Assembly (NCBI GenBank): GCA_001779925.1
Contig: MFEK01000010.1
Coordinates: forward strand, 19,377-83,376
DNA from: Candidatus Doudnabacteria bacterium RIFCSPHIGHO2_01_FULL_46_14
GTDB taxonomy: Bacteria; Patescibacteriota; Doudnabacteria; UBA920; 2-01-FULL-46-14
Reading direction: 5' to 3'
DNA: 64,000 nucleotides
Part shown: piece after piece, positions 9,731 to 18,321 of the stretch
Position numbering within the stretch: position 1 is the first letter of the stretch
Layout: every line of letters begins with the position of its first letter
Translations under genes and position numbers: made by a program
Notes under the pieces: model-generated
Told to the model about the DNA's origin: nothing
The model's database searches: none
Seen by the model: the letters and a program-made list of their open reading frames with translations, nothing else

Positions 9731-10255
9731 CTAATTTGTCACCACCACCGAACCGGTCATTGACGGATGAAAAGCGCATTTATAAGTAAATGTTCCCATG
9801 CTTCCAAAAGTAAAGCTATATTTACCGCCTTGGTTCAAGGTCGGACTATTGAGACCTCCATCTCCTGTCACAGTGTGCGGCGCGCTGTCCTGGTTGGTCC
9901 AGACCACAGTGTCGCCCTTTTTGATTGTGATCGAGGCAGGCCCAAAAGCAAAATTGGCAATGCTCACCGCGCGCGTTTGCGGCGCGCTGGCAGGAGGAGG
10001 CGGTGGAGGTATGGGCTTCGGATTCGGCGCGGCTGGAAGCGCGGGATTGGGATTTGTCGGAGATGGATTCTGGCTCGGAGAAGTTGCTGGTGGAGGTGTG
10101 GTTGGAGTCGGTGAAGTTGTCGAAGGTGACGGCGAAACAGAATGATCCGTCTGTTCTTCTTGTGGTGAGCCTGTCGAACCATTATTAATAAAGTAGAGCA
10201 CTCCGGCAGCTCCTAGAACTATGACAATAACTCCTGCAAAAAATTTGGAATTCAT
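9731..10255 (-). CDS. membrane-anchored cupredoxin (type-1 blue copper protein) with Pro-rich linker
   Basis: N-terminal TM, PTPTTPPPATSP...PPPPPP linker, then GDTVVWTNQDSAPHTV...YKCAFHPSMTG (His...Cys-x2-His-x2-Met copper site, amicyanin/plastocyanin-like). Confidence 0.65.
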   Translation of the reverse strand: MNSKFFAGVIVIVLGAAGVLYFINNGSTGSPQEEQTDHSVSPSPSTTSPTPTTPPPATSPSQNPSPTNPNPALPAAPNPKPIPPPPPPASAPQTRAVSIANFAFGPASITIKKGDTVVWTNQDSAPHTVTGDGGLNSPTLNQGGKYSFTFGSMGTFTYKCAFHPSMTGSVVVTN

Positions 10256-10270
10256 ACTGTTTGTATTATA

Positions 10271-10633
10271 TCAGACATCAACCATGACCTTAAATCCACC
10301 GTAGGCAAAACGCTTCATATCAAACGGCATATCTTTCATTGCATCCTTACCGTACTTTTTTTCATAATACGCCATGACTTTTTTGTTTACCGTGTCGCGG
10401 TGTGCCCGAGATTTATAAACTATAAACGAAAACCATACTGTCTCGTCCGGCTTGGTTTTCGCCATTTTTGGAAATGTGTTGATGACCCATTTGGGTTTCG
10501 CGTCATCGAGAATACACTCTTTGTAATCGAGAGCGCCGAATCTTTTCCATACCTTGGATGCATCGCTTGCCATCTTTTTGTATTTACCAGTGTTCTTTTT
10601 TGGAACAGGAATCACAAAACCGTCTACATACAT
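10271..10633 (-). CDS. DUF1428 family protein
   Basis: MYVDGFVIPVPKKNTGKYKKMA...ECILDD signature. Confidence 0.55.
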   Translation of the reverse strand: MYVDGFVIPVPKKNTGKYKKMASDASKVWKRFGALDYKECILDDAKPKWVINTFPKMAKTKPDETVWFSFIVYKSRAHRDTVNKKVMAYYEKKYGKDAMKDMPFDMKRFAYGGFKVMVDV

Positions 10634-10657
10634 AATTGTTTTAGTTATTAATAATAG

Positions 10658-11182
10658 TTATCGGTTATTATTGTAAGCCTTTTCTAGATCAGCAATTACG
10701 ATTTTTTTCATTTGGAGCATGGCCTGCATCACGCGGCCGGCCTTGTCTTTATCCGGATCGGACAGCAACTCACCTAAAATCCTCGGGGTGACCTGCCAAG
10801 TGATGCCGTATTTGTCCGAAAGCCACCCGCATTGCCGGGTTTTAGGGTCACCTCCGGAGGTGAGTTTATTCCAAAAATGATCCACTTCTTCCTGATTTTC
10901 GCAATCAATGAGCAGAGAAATCTGTCCGCTTTTTGGAAAAATGCCGGGGCCGCCATCGAGGGCCATGAACCTCTGCCCGGCAAGTTCAAACACCGCAGTC
11001 AAAACTTTTCCATTCACTTCTTTTGGCCACGGCGGGTTTGGGATATTATCCGGATACTTCTGGATGCTCACTACTCGGGAATTGCCGGAACCGCCCGGAG
11101 CACTGTTAAATACTGCCACGTAAAAATTTACTGCCTCTTCGCAGTCTTTCTCAAACCATAGAAACGGAGTGATCTTTTGCAT
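10658..11182 (-). CDS. VOC-superfamily protein (PhnB/3-demethylubiquinone-9 3-methyltransferase-like domain)
   Basis: MQKITPFLWFEKDCEEAVNFYVAVF N-terminus typical of PF06983. Confidence 0.6.
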   Translation of the reverse strand: MQKITPFLWFEKDCEEAVNFYVAVFNSAPGGSGNSRVVSIQKYPDNIPNPPWPKEVNGKVLTAVFELAGQRFMALDGGPGIFPKSGQISLLIDCENQEEVDHFWNKLTSGGDPKTRQCGWLSDKYGITWQVTPRILGELLSDPDKDKAGRVMQAMLQMKKIVIADLEKAYNNNR

Positions 11183-11279
11183 TATTTATTCTTTAATTTT
11201 TTTGACTTTCTACTTGCTGGCCAGCAAATCGGACACGGACCTTTTCCCGAATATTTATGGCCGCGGCTGCAGATTTTCA

Positions 11280-11687
11280 TCACATTCCTTTCGGCTGCAG
11301 CATGCCCAGGCGGTTGCCTTCGGGGTCGATAAATGAAGCGAACAGCCCTACTCCTGGGATGTCGTCAAACTCCGCGCCCTGGCCGCCGATAAATTTCCCG
11401 CCTGCATCAATCACTTTTTGCTTGTGCTCGCGGATGTCATCAACCGCGATGACTATGGACGGAACATTGTCTTTATCAACTCTGGGGTAAAGCCCGCCAT
11501 TGATCCTGTTAGTTTGTTTGAGCATGCCCATGCTATCCGTTTCATCTGTCGCGGCAAGGACATAGTTGTTCATCTCGGCTCCAAGCTGCTTGAGATTCCA
11601 GCCAAAAGTCTGCTGATAAAATTTTTTCATCCGCTCCATGTCATCCCCAGGAAGCTCAAAATGCACTACCGGATTCATTTTACCCAT
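11280..11687 (-). CDS. VOC/glyoxalase-family protein
   Basis: VVHFELPGDDMERMKKFYQQTFGW...FIDPEGNRLGM. Confidence 0.6.
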   Translation of the reverse strand: MGKMNPVVHFELPGDDMERMKKFYQQTFGWNLKQLGAEMNNYVLAATDETDSMGMLKQTNRINGGLYPRVDKDNVPSIVIAVDDIREHKQKVIDAGGKFIGGQGAEFDDIPGVGLFASFIDPEGNRLGMLQPKGM

Positions 11688-11807
11688 AAATTTCCGCTAT
11701 TAATTATAAATCAATAATACCTCAACTGATAAAAATTTGCATATGTACAAAATGCCAGTGTCCTGCGATAGATTCCGCAGAACACTGGCATTAACGAACA
11801 ACCGCGT

Positions 11808-12437
11808 TCAGGCCTCAACAACGATGAACTCATTACCGCAATAGATGCACTCGTTACGGCCCAAGCTCAGACTGTAAAGGCTGCGGTGGCAAGTCCGATT
11901 CGGGCAAGCCGCATCGTATGTCCCGGCGTAATACGACCCCGTCACTCTCGGGAGGCCGCGGCCTTGTGAGGTTCCACTGGAACCGGCTCCTGCTCGCGCA
12001 GCCATGACTCGCTGTTCCGGCAGAAACCGCCGGGCGACTTTTTCAGAGAGAACGATCCATTTGTGATCATCACCGACCGCTTCAATCACCTCTCTGGTTC
12101 CCGGCTCAAATTCCGGATCCCAGGGCTTGTTGCTGTCATATGGCCGGCGATCCACGATCTCGGCGCACTTCCGGGCAACCTCTCGGTCAAAAGACAGGGC
12201 GACGATCGGCGCGGAATTGTTCTTCCACGCCTTGTTGTCCGGCCGGAAATCGCGATCACCTCGCTGATCAGGGATCTCATCCAAAAACGTTACGATGCCG
12301 GACCGTTCAGTCAGACCGATAGCGCCTCCGTTGAACGATTGCTCCGCTCCAAAACATTGAGTCAAGGTGGCAAAGCGAACACCGGCAGTAGCTCGCCACA
12401 GTCCGCCCGATTGAGTTACCGCAAAAATCTGTTCCAT
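11808..12437 (-). CDS. hypothetical protein with C-terminal Cys-rich (zinc-ribbon-like) tail
   Basis: 209 aa, GC-rich; ...CPNRTCHRS...CIYCGNEF; no family recognised. Confidence 0.4.
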   Translation of the reverse strand: MEQIFAVTQSGGLWRATAGVRFATLTQCFGAEQSFNGGAIGLTERSGIVTFLDEIPDQRGDRDFRPDNKAWKNNSAPIVALSFDREVARKCAEIVDRRPYDSNKPWDPEFEPGTREVIEAVGDDHKWIVLSEKVARRFLPEQRVMAARAGAGSSGTSQGRGLPRVTGSYYAGTYDAACPNRTCHRSLYSLSLGRNECIYCGNEFIVVEA

Positions 12438-12565
12438 AGCACTTACCTCCTGCTAAAATTTTCCTACATAACCGATAATTTACAGCAAATACCCGGCTTT
12501 GTCTATGCTTGCCGGAAACCCTTTTTTTAGATACCATGCCCCCACCAAACTTTCGGGAGGAAAAG

Positions 12566-12859
12566 ATGAACAAGTTGCTGTTGCAAGTAATGCTTGCGGG
12601 TCTCGGGATCATCGTATTGGGTACTGCCCTCAGCGCGGCATTGGGGAAATCTCTGACGGCGAACCCACTCCACGTCATTGGTCTGACCGTCGTGATCGTT
12701 CCCTTGGCTATTTATCCCATCGTGGCACTCAAGGAAAAACTCGGTCCCGCATATTGGGGTACGTCTTTGTTCCTGGCAGTATCGCTGATCGTTGTTGCGC
12801 TGTTTCTAGGAGCGCATACCAAAGGCTTCGGAGAGCTGTTCTCAAGCTTCATACCGTAA
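12566..12859 (+). CDS. small membrane protein (97 aa)
   Basis: Strong SD GGGAGG 6 nt before ATG 12566; 3 TM helices. Confidence 0.45.
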   Translation: MNKLLLQVMLAGLGIIVLGTALSAALGKSLTANPLHVIGLTVVIVPLAIYPIVALKEKLGPAYWGTSLFLAVSLIVVALFLGAHTKGFGELFSSFIP

Positions 12860-12888
12860 ACAATCAACAGAACTACCACAAAAAACTA

Positions 12889-12935
12889 GCCGTGGCCTTC
12901 ACCAATCGGTGACTGGCCGCGGCTGTTTCATTTTA
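12889..12935 (+). terminator. candidate intrinsic terminator after 12566..12859
   Basis: gccgtggcc...ggccgcggc stem followed by tgtttcatttt. Confidence 0.3.
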
Positions 12936-13144
12936 TATTGGTAATTTTATAGACTTTACCCTTTTTATCATAAGTAATCCACTGCCCAGTCTGTTTGCCT
13001 TTTATAAAATGCCCGGAACGCATGAGACTGTCATCTTTTCTAAACCATTCCCAATACCCATGCATCTTCCCAGCCAGCAAAACTACCCTTGGCCCAGACC
13101 GAACCGTCTTTGTGATAATGAATGTGTTTGGTGATTTTCGGCAT
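12928..13144 (-). pseudogene. frameshifted MORN-repeat (YwqK-like) gene remnant
   Basis: Two consecutive minus-strand reading frames, MPKITKHIHYHKDGSVWAKGSFAGWEDAWVLGMV-stop and MRSGHFIKGKQTGQWITYDKKGKVYKITNIK-stop, both with G-x-W-x-x-Y MORN_2-like repeats, offset by +1. Confidence 0.3.
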
Positions 13145-13154
13145 ATTTCAATTA

Positions 13155-13200
13155 TAGTAAAACAAGAAGCGCAGACATCCCACTTAAAGGATGTCTGCGC
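13155..13200 (-). terminator. rho-independent terminator downstream of RidA gene
   Basis: Perfect 12-bp stem gcgcagacatcc/ggatgtctgcgc with 8-nt loop; T-rich tract follows on the minus strand. Confidence 0.55.
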
Positions 13201-13221
13201 CTTGTAGTCTAGCGATAGGGC

Positions 13222-13623
13222 CTAGTCGTCGACCACAGCAATGAATTGACAACGAATGTTGCCGTAGCTGAGCTTTTCTTCGGTGGTTCCGCGCGTCGGT
13301 TCGGAATGCTCATCAGGAAACATCGATTTCCACGGACCGTTCAGAACCTCTTTGTTCTTTTTGTCGCCCATGAAGACTTTCACATCGATGATGTCGTCAA
13401 CCGTGCCGCCGGCCGTTTCGACCGTGGTTTTCATGTTCTGAAGCAGCAGGGTACTCTCTTCCTGGATCGTGTCTGGAAATCGGTGCCCCTTGCCCTTCTT
13501 TCCTTCCTCGGGATAGAAACCGAAGATGCCGGAACTCGTGATCACGTTCCCCTTTCGAGTCACGTTCGGAATCGGATTATCGTGCAATAGTGTCGGAATA
13601 TGGTAACTCACTCGCTTGCTCAT
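13222..13623 (-). CDS. RidA/YjgF/TdcF-family protein
   Basis: 133 aa from MSKRVSYHIP; chorismate-mutase-like fold signature ...GDKKNKEVLNGPWKSMFPDE... Confidence 0.65.
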   Translation of the reverse strand: MSKRVSYHIPTLLHDNPIPNVTRKGNVITSSGIFGFYPEEGKKGKGHRFPDTIQEESTLLLQNMKTTVETAGGTVDDIIDVKVFMGDKKNKEVLNGPWKSMFPDEHSEPTRGTTEEKLSYGNIRCQFIAVVDD

Positions 13624-13637
13624 ACGTTGCCCCCTTG

Positions 13638-14672
13638 TTATGTAACTGTGATCCACTGCTCGATTTTCGGGTAAACTCGTCGAGCATTTTTTTCGAACAC
13701 TTTGTCTCGGTCATCCTCGCTAATTTCCAGCGCATCGATATACAGCTTGGTGTTGTCGTAGTGATCTCCGGTTTCCGGATTGATCACTTCAGGGAACGCA
13801 CCGTCTGACTCGTCGCCGAACAAGATGAAATCCGCTGCAATCGCGTCAAACAACGCCCTCATGTTTCTCTTTTTATACATGCAGGAGTCCACGAGAAGAT
13901 TGCCCTGTTCCATCAGCTGATGTGGATTCGCCCAGCCCTGTTTCTTGTTGAACGCAGCCAGTGCCTCGAACCTGCCGTCCTGGCAAGCGAGAGGACCTCC
14001 TCCGTGCGGAATCACAAATCGCAGCCGGGGAAAGTCCTTAAAAAGCTGTGAGGCAAACACCATGGGCAAAACAACTCCGACTGTGTCGCCGACGAGATAG
14101 TGCACGGCGGTGTGAGGGAAATTGTCATTGCACGACTCGCTGGCATGAATCACCAGCGGCACATCCATGGCCTCGGCGGCTTCAAACACCGGATACCACT
14201 GCCGGCCTGTGAAAGGCTGTCCTTGCCATCTGGCGCCGGTGCCGTCCGGATCGAAATTGAAACCAATGAATCCCTGTTCCACCCACTTCACCAACTGCTT
14301 TGCACATTTCTCCGCCGGGACGCTCGGGTGCTGCCCCAGCATACCGATCGGCGCGAACGTGCCTTTGTTGAGCTGCGCAGCGCGGAGTACGAGACCATTG
14401 TTCAAATCGGCCCAGATCTCGTTTTGTTCTGCCGTGCCGTCATGAGTGGCCATGGCTTTGGCGCGGGGTGATGCTCCGGCCAAATCAATCCGGCGAGCTG
14501 CCATAAGTCCGAGCACGGTTGCAAGGGTTTGCTGGATAGCCTCATCGCCGAGATCCGGTGGGTCAGGATTTTCGCCTCTGAGCTGTCGCTCGCGGAAATT
14601 CTCGACAATGGCAAGCTTTGCCAGCCTCACCAAATGCTGATGGATATTGATGATCATCCGACGTCTTTTCAT
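13638..14672 (-). CDS. amidohydrolase-2 (ACMSD-like, PF04909) family metal-dependent hydrolase
   Basis: MIINIHQHL N-terminal His pair, ...VIHASESC..., ...VIPHGGG..., TIM-barrel amidohydrolase_2 pattern. Confidence 0.65.
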   Translation of the reverse strand: MKRRRMIINIHQHLVRLAKLAIVENFRERQLRGENPDPPDLGDEAIQQTLATVLGLMAARRIDLAGASPRAKAMATHDGTAEQNEIWADLNNGLVLRAAQLNKGTFAPIGMLGQHPSVPAEKCAKQLVKWVEQGFIGFNFDPDGTGARWQGQPFTGRQWYPVFEAAEAMDVPLVIHASESCNDNFPHTAVHYLVGDTVGVVLPMVFASQLFKDFPRLRFVIPHGGGPLACQDGRFEALAAFNKKQGWANPHQLMEQGNLLVDSCMYKKRNMRALFDAIAADFILFGDESDGAFPEVINPETGDHYDNTKLYIDALEISEDDRDKVFEKNARRVYPKIEQWITVT

Positions 14673-14782
14673 ACTGCCTCCGTTGTTTTTTCAGTCGCAA
14701 AGTAAAAACTGCGATTAACTATTGTATCTATTAATCAGAGCCCGGTCAAAGCAGTATATCCCTAAATAACGATAATAATATA

Positions 14783-14811
14783 TTGACAAACGATAAATAG
14801 TAGATTATTCT
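14783..14811 (+). promoter_or_regulatory. candidate sigma70 promoter TTGACA-17-TATTCT for the DUF2975 operon
   Basis: TTGACA 14783-14788; TATTCT 14806-14811. Confidence 0.4.
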
Positions 14812-14840
14812 GTATTTGTTAATAAACTAATAGCTTGTTT

Positions 14841-15365
14841 ATGAATGAAGAAATGTCCGCCCAAGGCGGATCCGCCTCTGGCGGAAAAAAAGGTTCTACT
14901 TGGTTCTTGAGAGGGGTTCTTTTGATCATGGCGCTCATTGCCCTGGCTGTCGGTATTTTTGCGGTCCCTGCGATATACAACGCCACGCCAAAAGAATATC
15001 CAGTTGATATAAATTATCTCCGCTTATTTGTCGGCGGTTTATACCTCTCCATAATCCCCTTTTACGTGGCACTGTACCAGGCTCTGAAACTTTTGAACTT
15101 CATAGACCACGACACGGCTTTCTCGGAGGCTTCAGTGAGTGCGCTAAAAACTATAAAATACTCCGCAATCGCAGTTAGTGTTTTGCATGGCACAGCTATA
15201 CCATTTTTGTTTCAGATAGCAGAACTCGACGATGCGCCGGGCGTATTAGTGCTGGCCTTGGCCTTTACCTGCGCGCCTCTGGTTATAGCTGTCTTTGCAG
15301 CCGTGCTCGAAAAGCTGCTCCAGAACGCAATCAGCATCAAATCAGAAAACGATTTAACAGTTTAA
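14841..15365 (+). CDS. DUF2975-family membrane protein (paralog 1)
   Basis: 4-TM protein; start set to ATG 14841 (MNEEMSAQGGSASGGKK) matching the paralog at 15582; track ORF begins at TTG 14835. Confidence 0.55.
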   Translation: MNEEMSAQGGSASGGKKGSTWFLRGVLLIMALIALAVGIFAVPAIYNATPKEYPVDINYLRLFVGGLYLSIIPFYVALYQALKLLNFIDHDTAFSEASVSALKTIKYSAIAVSVLHGTAIPFLFQIAELDDAPGVLVLALAFTCAPLVIAVFAAVLEKLLQNAISIKSENDLTV

Positions 15366-15366
15366 T

Positions 15367-15570
15367 ATGGCGATCATCATAAACATAGACGTGATGCTGG
15401 CCAAGCGGAAAATGAGCGTCACTGAACTTGCGGAAAAAGTCGGCATAACCATGGCAAATATATCTGTATTGAAAAATGGAAAGGCGCGAGCCATCCGTTT
15501 CTCAACCCTTGAGGCCATCTGCAAGGCTTTGGATTGCCAGCCCGGAGATATTTTAGAATTTAAAAATTAA
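15367..15570 (+). CDS. XRE/Cro-C1-type HTH transcriptional regulator (YozG-like)
   Basis: MAIIINIDVMLAKRKMSVTELAEKVGITMANISVLKNGKARAIRFSTLEAICKALDCQPGDILEF. Confidence 0.8.
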   Translation: MAIIINIDVMLAKRKMSVTELAEKVGITMANISVLKNGKARAIRFSTLEAICKALDCQPGDILEFKN

Positions 15571-15581
15571 TAACCTATTTT

Positions 15582-16100
15582 ATGAATGAAAATATGTCCG
15601 CCAAAGGCGGATCCGCCTTTGGCGGAAAAAAAAGCTCAACAGTATTTCTACAGGTAGTAATTGTACTAATCGGAATCGTGACACTTGCAGTTATGATACG
15701 GTTTCCCTTGACCGAGGGGAGAGCCGCAAATTTGGACTTGTTTAGTATTTACGCTGATCCATTCCTGGTGTATGGCTACCTAGCGTCTATCGCATTTTTT
15801 GTTGCCCTGTATCAGGCGTTCAAATTACTCGGATATATCGGGCAAAATAAAGTATTCTCGCTAAACTCTGTGAAGGCTTTAAGGACTATAAAATATTGCG
15901 CAATCGTACTGAGCATCTTAATTGTGATGGCGGCAATATACATAAGGCTATCGTTTTCAGTTAAATCAGTTACAGATGATGATCCGGCCGGTTTTATTGC
16001 CGTAAGTATTGTGGCTACTTTTATTTCTGTCGTAATCGCCACGGCGGCGGCGATGTTTGAACGGATTTTACGAAATAATAATTCATCCCACAAATTATGA
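15582..16100 (+). CDS. DUF2975-family membrane protein (paralog 2)
   Basis: MNENMSAKGGSAFGGKKSST... N-terminus nearly identical to paralog 1. Confidence 0.55.
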   Translation: MNENMSAKGGSAFGGKKSSTVFLQVVIVLIGIVTLAVMIRFPLTEGRAANLDLFSIYADPFLVYGYLASIAFFVALYQAFKLLGYIGQNKVFSLNSVKALRTIKYCAIVLSILIVMAAIYIRLSFSVKSVTDDDPAGFIAVSIVATFISVVIATAAAMFERILRNNNSSHKL

Positions 16101-16166
16101 ACCCCGTTAGAAGTTTTGTATCACTTGTGACTAACGAGAAAAAGTTAAGTAAGAAAGCAAAAAAAT

Positions 16167-16508
16167 ATGGATGCTGAATTAAAAAATACTTCTAACGGGG
16201 TGAACAAACTTATACAACGAAGTTTATTCAATGCTCTAGGCACGATCGCCTATGTGTCTGTCGTGGTTACGATCATGCAAAACGGCGAAAAGATATTTGG
16301 GAGCATAAACCAAACCATCGCGCCGATAGCGATGCTAACTCTTTTCGTTCTCTCTGCGGCCGTGACCGGTAGCTTGGTTTTGGGCAAACCCGTGATGCTG
16401 TATCTAAACAACCAAAAAAACGAGGCGATAAAGCTGTTTGTTTACACGCTTTGCTGGCTTGCGTTAGCCGTTATAATTTTATTAATAGTCAGCGTTCAGT
16501 TTAAATAA
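16167..16508 (+). CDS. membrane protein (113 aa), unknown
   Basis: 3 TM helices. Confidence 0.4.
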   Translation: MDAELKNTSNGVNKLIQRSLFNALGTIAYVSVVVTIMQNGEKIFGSINQTIAPIAMLTLFVLSAAVTGSLVLGKPVMLYLNNQKNEAIKLFVYTLCWLALAVIILLIVSVQFK

Positions 16509-16539
16509 AATAAAAAAGAAGCAATCTTTTTAAACATTC

Positions 16540-16797
16540 TTATTTCCCGCGATGGGGGCAGCCCATCCAGCAGCACGGCCGGCGCATCCCGCCTTTAAGC
16601 TTCGAGAGGGCCTTCTCAATACGGATACCCCTTGTCTCCATTTTTTTGCCTGACGTAACCCAGCAGATCCACTCATTGCGCGCGAGCGAGGTGATATCTT
16701 CCCATGCGGCTTGCGCTGCCGGGGCAGAAGCAATGGCCTTTCGTAAATCCGCTGGCATTATGTGTACCGTACCAGTTGAAATTTCTTTTTTAATCAT
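16540..16797 (-). CDS. YdeI/OmpD-associated family protein (C-terminal domain only)
   Basis: ...ARNEWICWVTSGKKMETRGIRIEKAL...GGMRRPCCWMGCPH. Confidence 0.4.
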   Translation of the reverse strand: MIKKEISTGTVHIMPADLRKAIASAPAAQAAWEDITSLARNEWICWVTSGKKMETRGIRIEKALSKLKGGMRRPCCWMGCPHRGK

Positions 16798-16864
16798 ACT
16801 TCATTTTATCACTTTCACATTTAACAAAAAACCGAGGTTTGAACTCGGTTAGTTAATGTTTTTG

Positions 16865-16940
16865 TGGCTCCGGGGGTGGGACTCGAACCCACGACCAATT
16901 GATTAACAGTCAACTGCTCTACCAACTGAGCTACCCCGGA
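16865..16940 (-). tRNA. tRNA-Asn (anticodon GTT), CCA encoded
   Basis: Reverse complement TCCGGGGTAGCTCAGTTGGTAGAGCAGTTGACTGTTAATCAATTGGTCGTGGGTTCGAGTCCCACCCCCGGAGCCA folds as cloverleaf with anticodon loop CT-GTT-AA. Confidence 0.9.
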
Positions 16941-16992
16941 ACATTTTGATACTTTGTTTATAGCCTGAGCGTAAGAGAATTTTACCAAAAAG

Positions 16993-17943
16993 TTATTGTT
17001 TGGTCAAAGCCTCCCTGTATGCAACTAGAACTTTCTGTCCGTGGGAGCCCGGATGGAATGACAGCTCATTGTCAGAAACAAGAATGTTCTCCTGCCTGCG
17101 GATGCGGTGCTTTTGATAGATTCCGAGCAGGTAATTCAAAACCGGAGCGATCGTATAGTCCAGGATCAACTCTAAAATCTTACCCGCGACGCTGAATCGA
17201 AAATCGAAAAATGGCACTGCCCTCTCGTACCGAACATTCGGCAGATAGCCTTTTATCCATTGGTTTTTTTGCCAAAATCTCTTGAGTGTATCGCCGCCGA
17301 TCACCGGCAGGAGACTGGCGTATTCGACCGCGGTATAAAGATTGCGATCATCGGTAATCTCGGTATCGTCCGCCAAATAATGGTTGAGGCAAAATCGGCC
17401 AGCAATTCTTTCCGCATACCTCCGCTGTCCCACCAGCTGAAAATATGCCGAAACCAGCGCGCGGGTCAGCCAAATGCGATTTTTTTTTGTGATGATAAAA
17501 AGATCAATGTCTGATCCGGACTCAGAGTTGAGTAGCGCCTGGGAGCCGGACAGGGCCACGGCCCGCACATATGGCAGGTGCCGCAAAAAACGCAAATATT
17601 TTTTGGTTTTGGCAAATCGCAGCAGCGAGATCTGGTAGCGGTGCTTTCTCTCGGCGATCAATTCTGCGCGACCGCGCAAAAAATACAGGCCTTCGCGATG
17701 CTCGACTTTGCCGGATAATTCTACGGTAATCGTGCTTTCGATTTCAGACAGGATTTCACCCCCACCTTTATCCTCCCCCCTCAAGGGGGAGGAATGGGAA
17801 CCGGTCCCCGCTTTTCCCTCCCCTTGAGGGGGAGGGACCGAGGGAGGGGTGTGAATTAGATAATTTTTCAGTTCCAGGCCCGTCAGCGCCATATCCTGCG
17901 TGTCAAAAAAAACCAGAGTGCTATAGGCTGAATTTTTCTGCAT
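16993..17943 (-). CDS. nucleotidyltransferase (Pol-beta superfamily, MNT-type GS...SDIDL) domain protein
   Basis: LSGSQALLNSESGSDIDLFIIT motif; start chosen at MQKNSAY (17943); repeat locus R3 translated in-frame near the N-terminus. Confidence 0.5.
   Translation of the reverse strand: MQKNSAYSTLVFFDTQDMALTGLELKNYLIHTPPSVPPPQGEGKAGTGSHSSPLRGEDKGGGEILSEIESTITVELSGKVEHREGLYFLRGRAELIAERKHRYQISLLRFAKTKKYLRFLRHLPYVRAVALSGSQALLNSESGSDIDLFIITKKNRIWLTRALVSAYFQLVGQRRYAERIAGRFCLNHYLADDTEITDDRNLYTAVEYASLLPVIGGDTLKRFWQKNQWIKGYLPNVRYERAVPFFDFRFSVAGKILELILDYTIAPVLNYLLGIYQKHRIRRQENILVSDNELSFHPGSHGQKVLVAYREALTKQ
17754..17855. repeat. repeat family A, locus R3 (inverted pair, tails outward) inside NTase CDS
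   Basis: tttcacccccacctttatcctcccccctcaagggggagg ... ttttccctccccttgagggggagggaccgagggaggggtgtgaa; encodes ...PPSVPPPQGEGKAGTGSHSSPLRGEDKGGGE... Confidence 0.85.
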
Positions 17944-18268
17944 CAATTTCTTTCCACTCATCCTCCATGTCATTCCATTTATAAACCTTGAAAGTATTGA
18001 CCAATTCGCTGTCGGAAAATTTATATTCCACACGTGCTCCCTGCCCCTGCTGATGACTGTAGTGGTACTTTTTCCCCTCCACCTTGGGCTTTTGGCCAAA
18101 CTGCAGTTTCATGCGCCCCAGTGGCCCCTCGAAAACAACAAACTCGGCTACCCCGAGCTTGACCGGTCCGTCACCGGTTTCGTGAATGAGATCTTCAGTG
18201 CCTTGATCCTCAAGCGCAAACTGCTTTTTCACGATATCTTTGATTTGTTCCCATTTTTCTGGTGTCAT
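17921..18268 (-). CDS. hypothetical protein (115 aa)
   Basis: ORF immediately upstream of and overlapping NTase gene. Confidence 0.4.
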   Translation of the reverse strand: MTPEKWEQIKDIVKKQFALEDQGTEDLIHETGDGPVKLGVAEFVVFEGPLGRMKLQFGQKPKVEGKKYHYSHQQGQGARVEYKFSDSELVNTFKVYKWNDMEDEWKEIDAEKFSL

Positions 18269-18321
18269 TGATTTTGCAATTGGCGACTGGTGATTAGCGA
18301 TTTGATTTCCTAATCGCTAAT

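Noticed and set aside
9767-10188. Plus-strand Gly/Arg-rich ORFs (9767..10114, 9798..10145, 10003..10188)
   Set aside because: They are antisense to the Pro-rich linker of the cupredoxin gene (CCN/GGN symmetry), a low-complexity artefact.
16993-18099. Full-length 368-aa version of the NTase ORF
   Set aside because: Its first 52 codons overlap the upstream 115-aa gene in another frame. The internal start at 17943 gives a compact arrangement.
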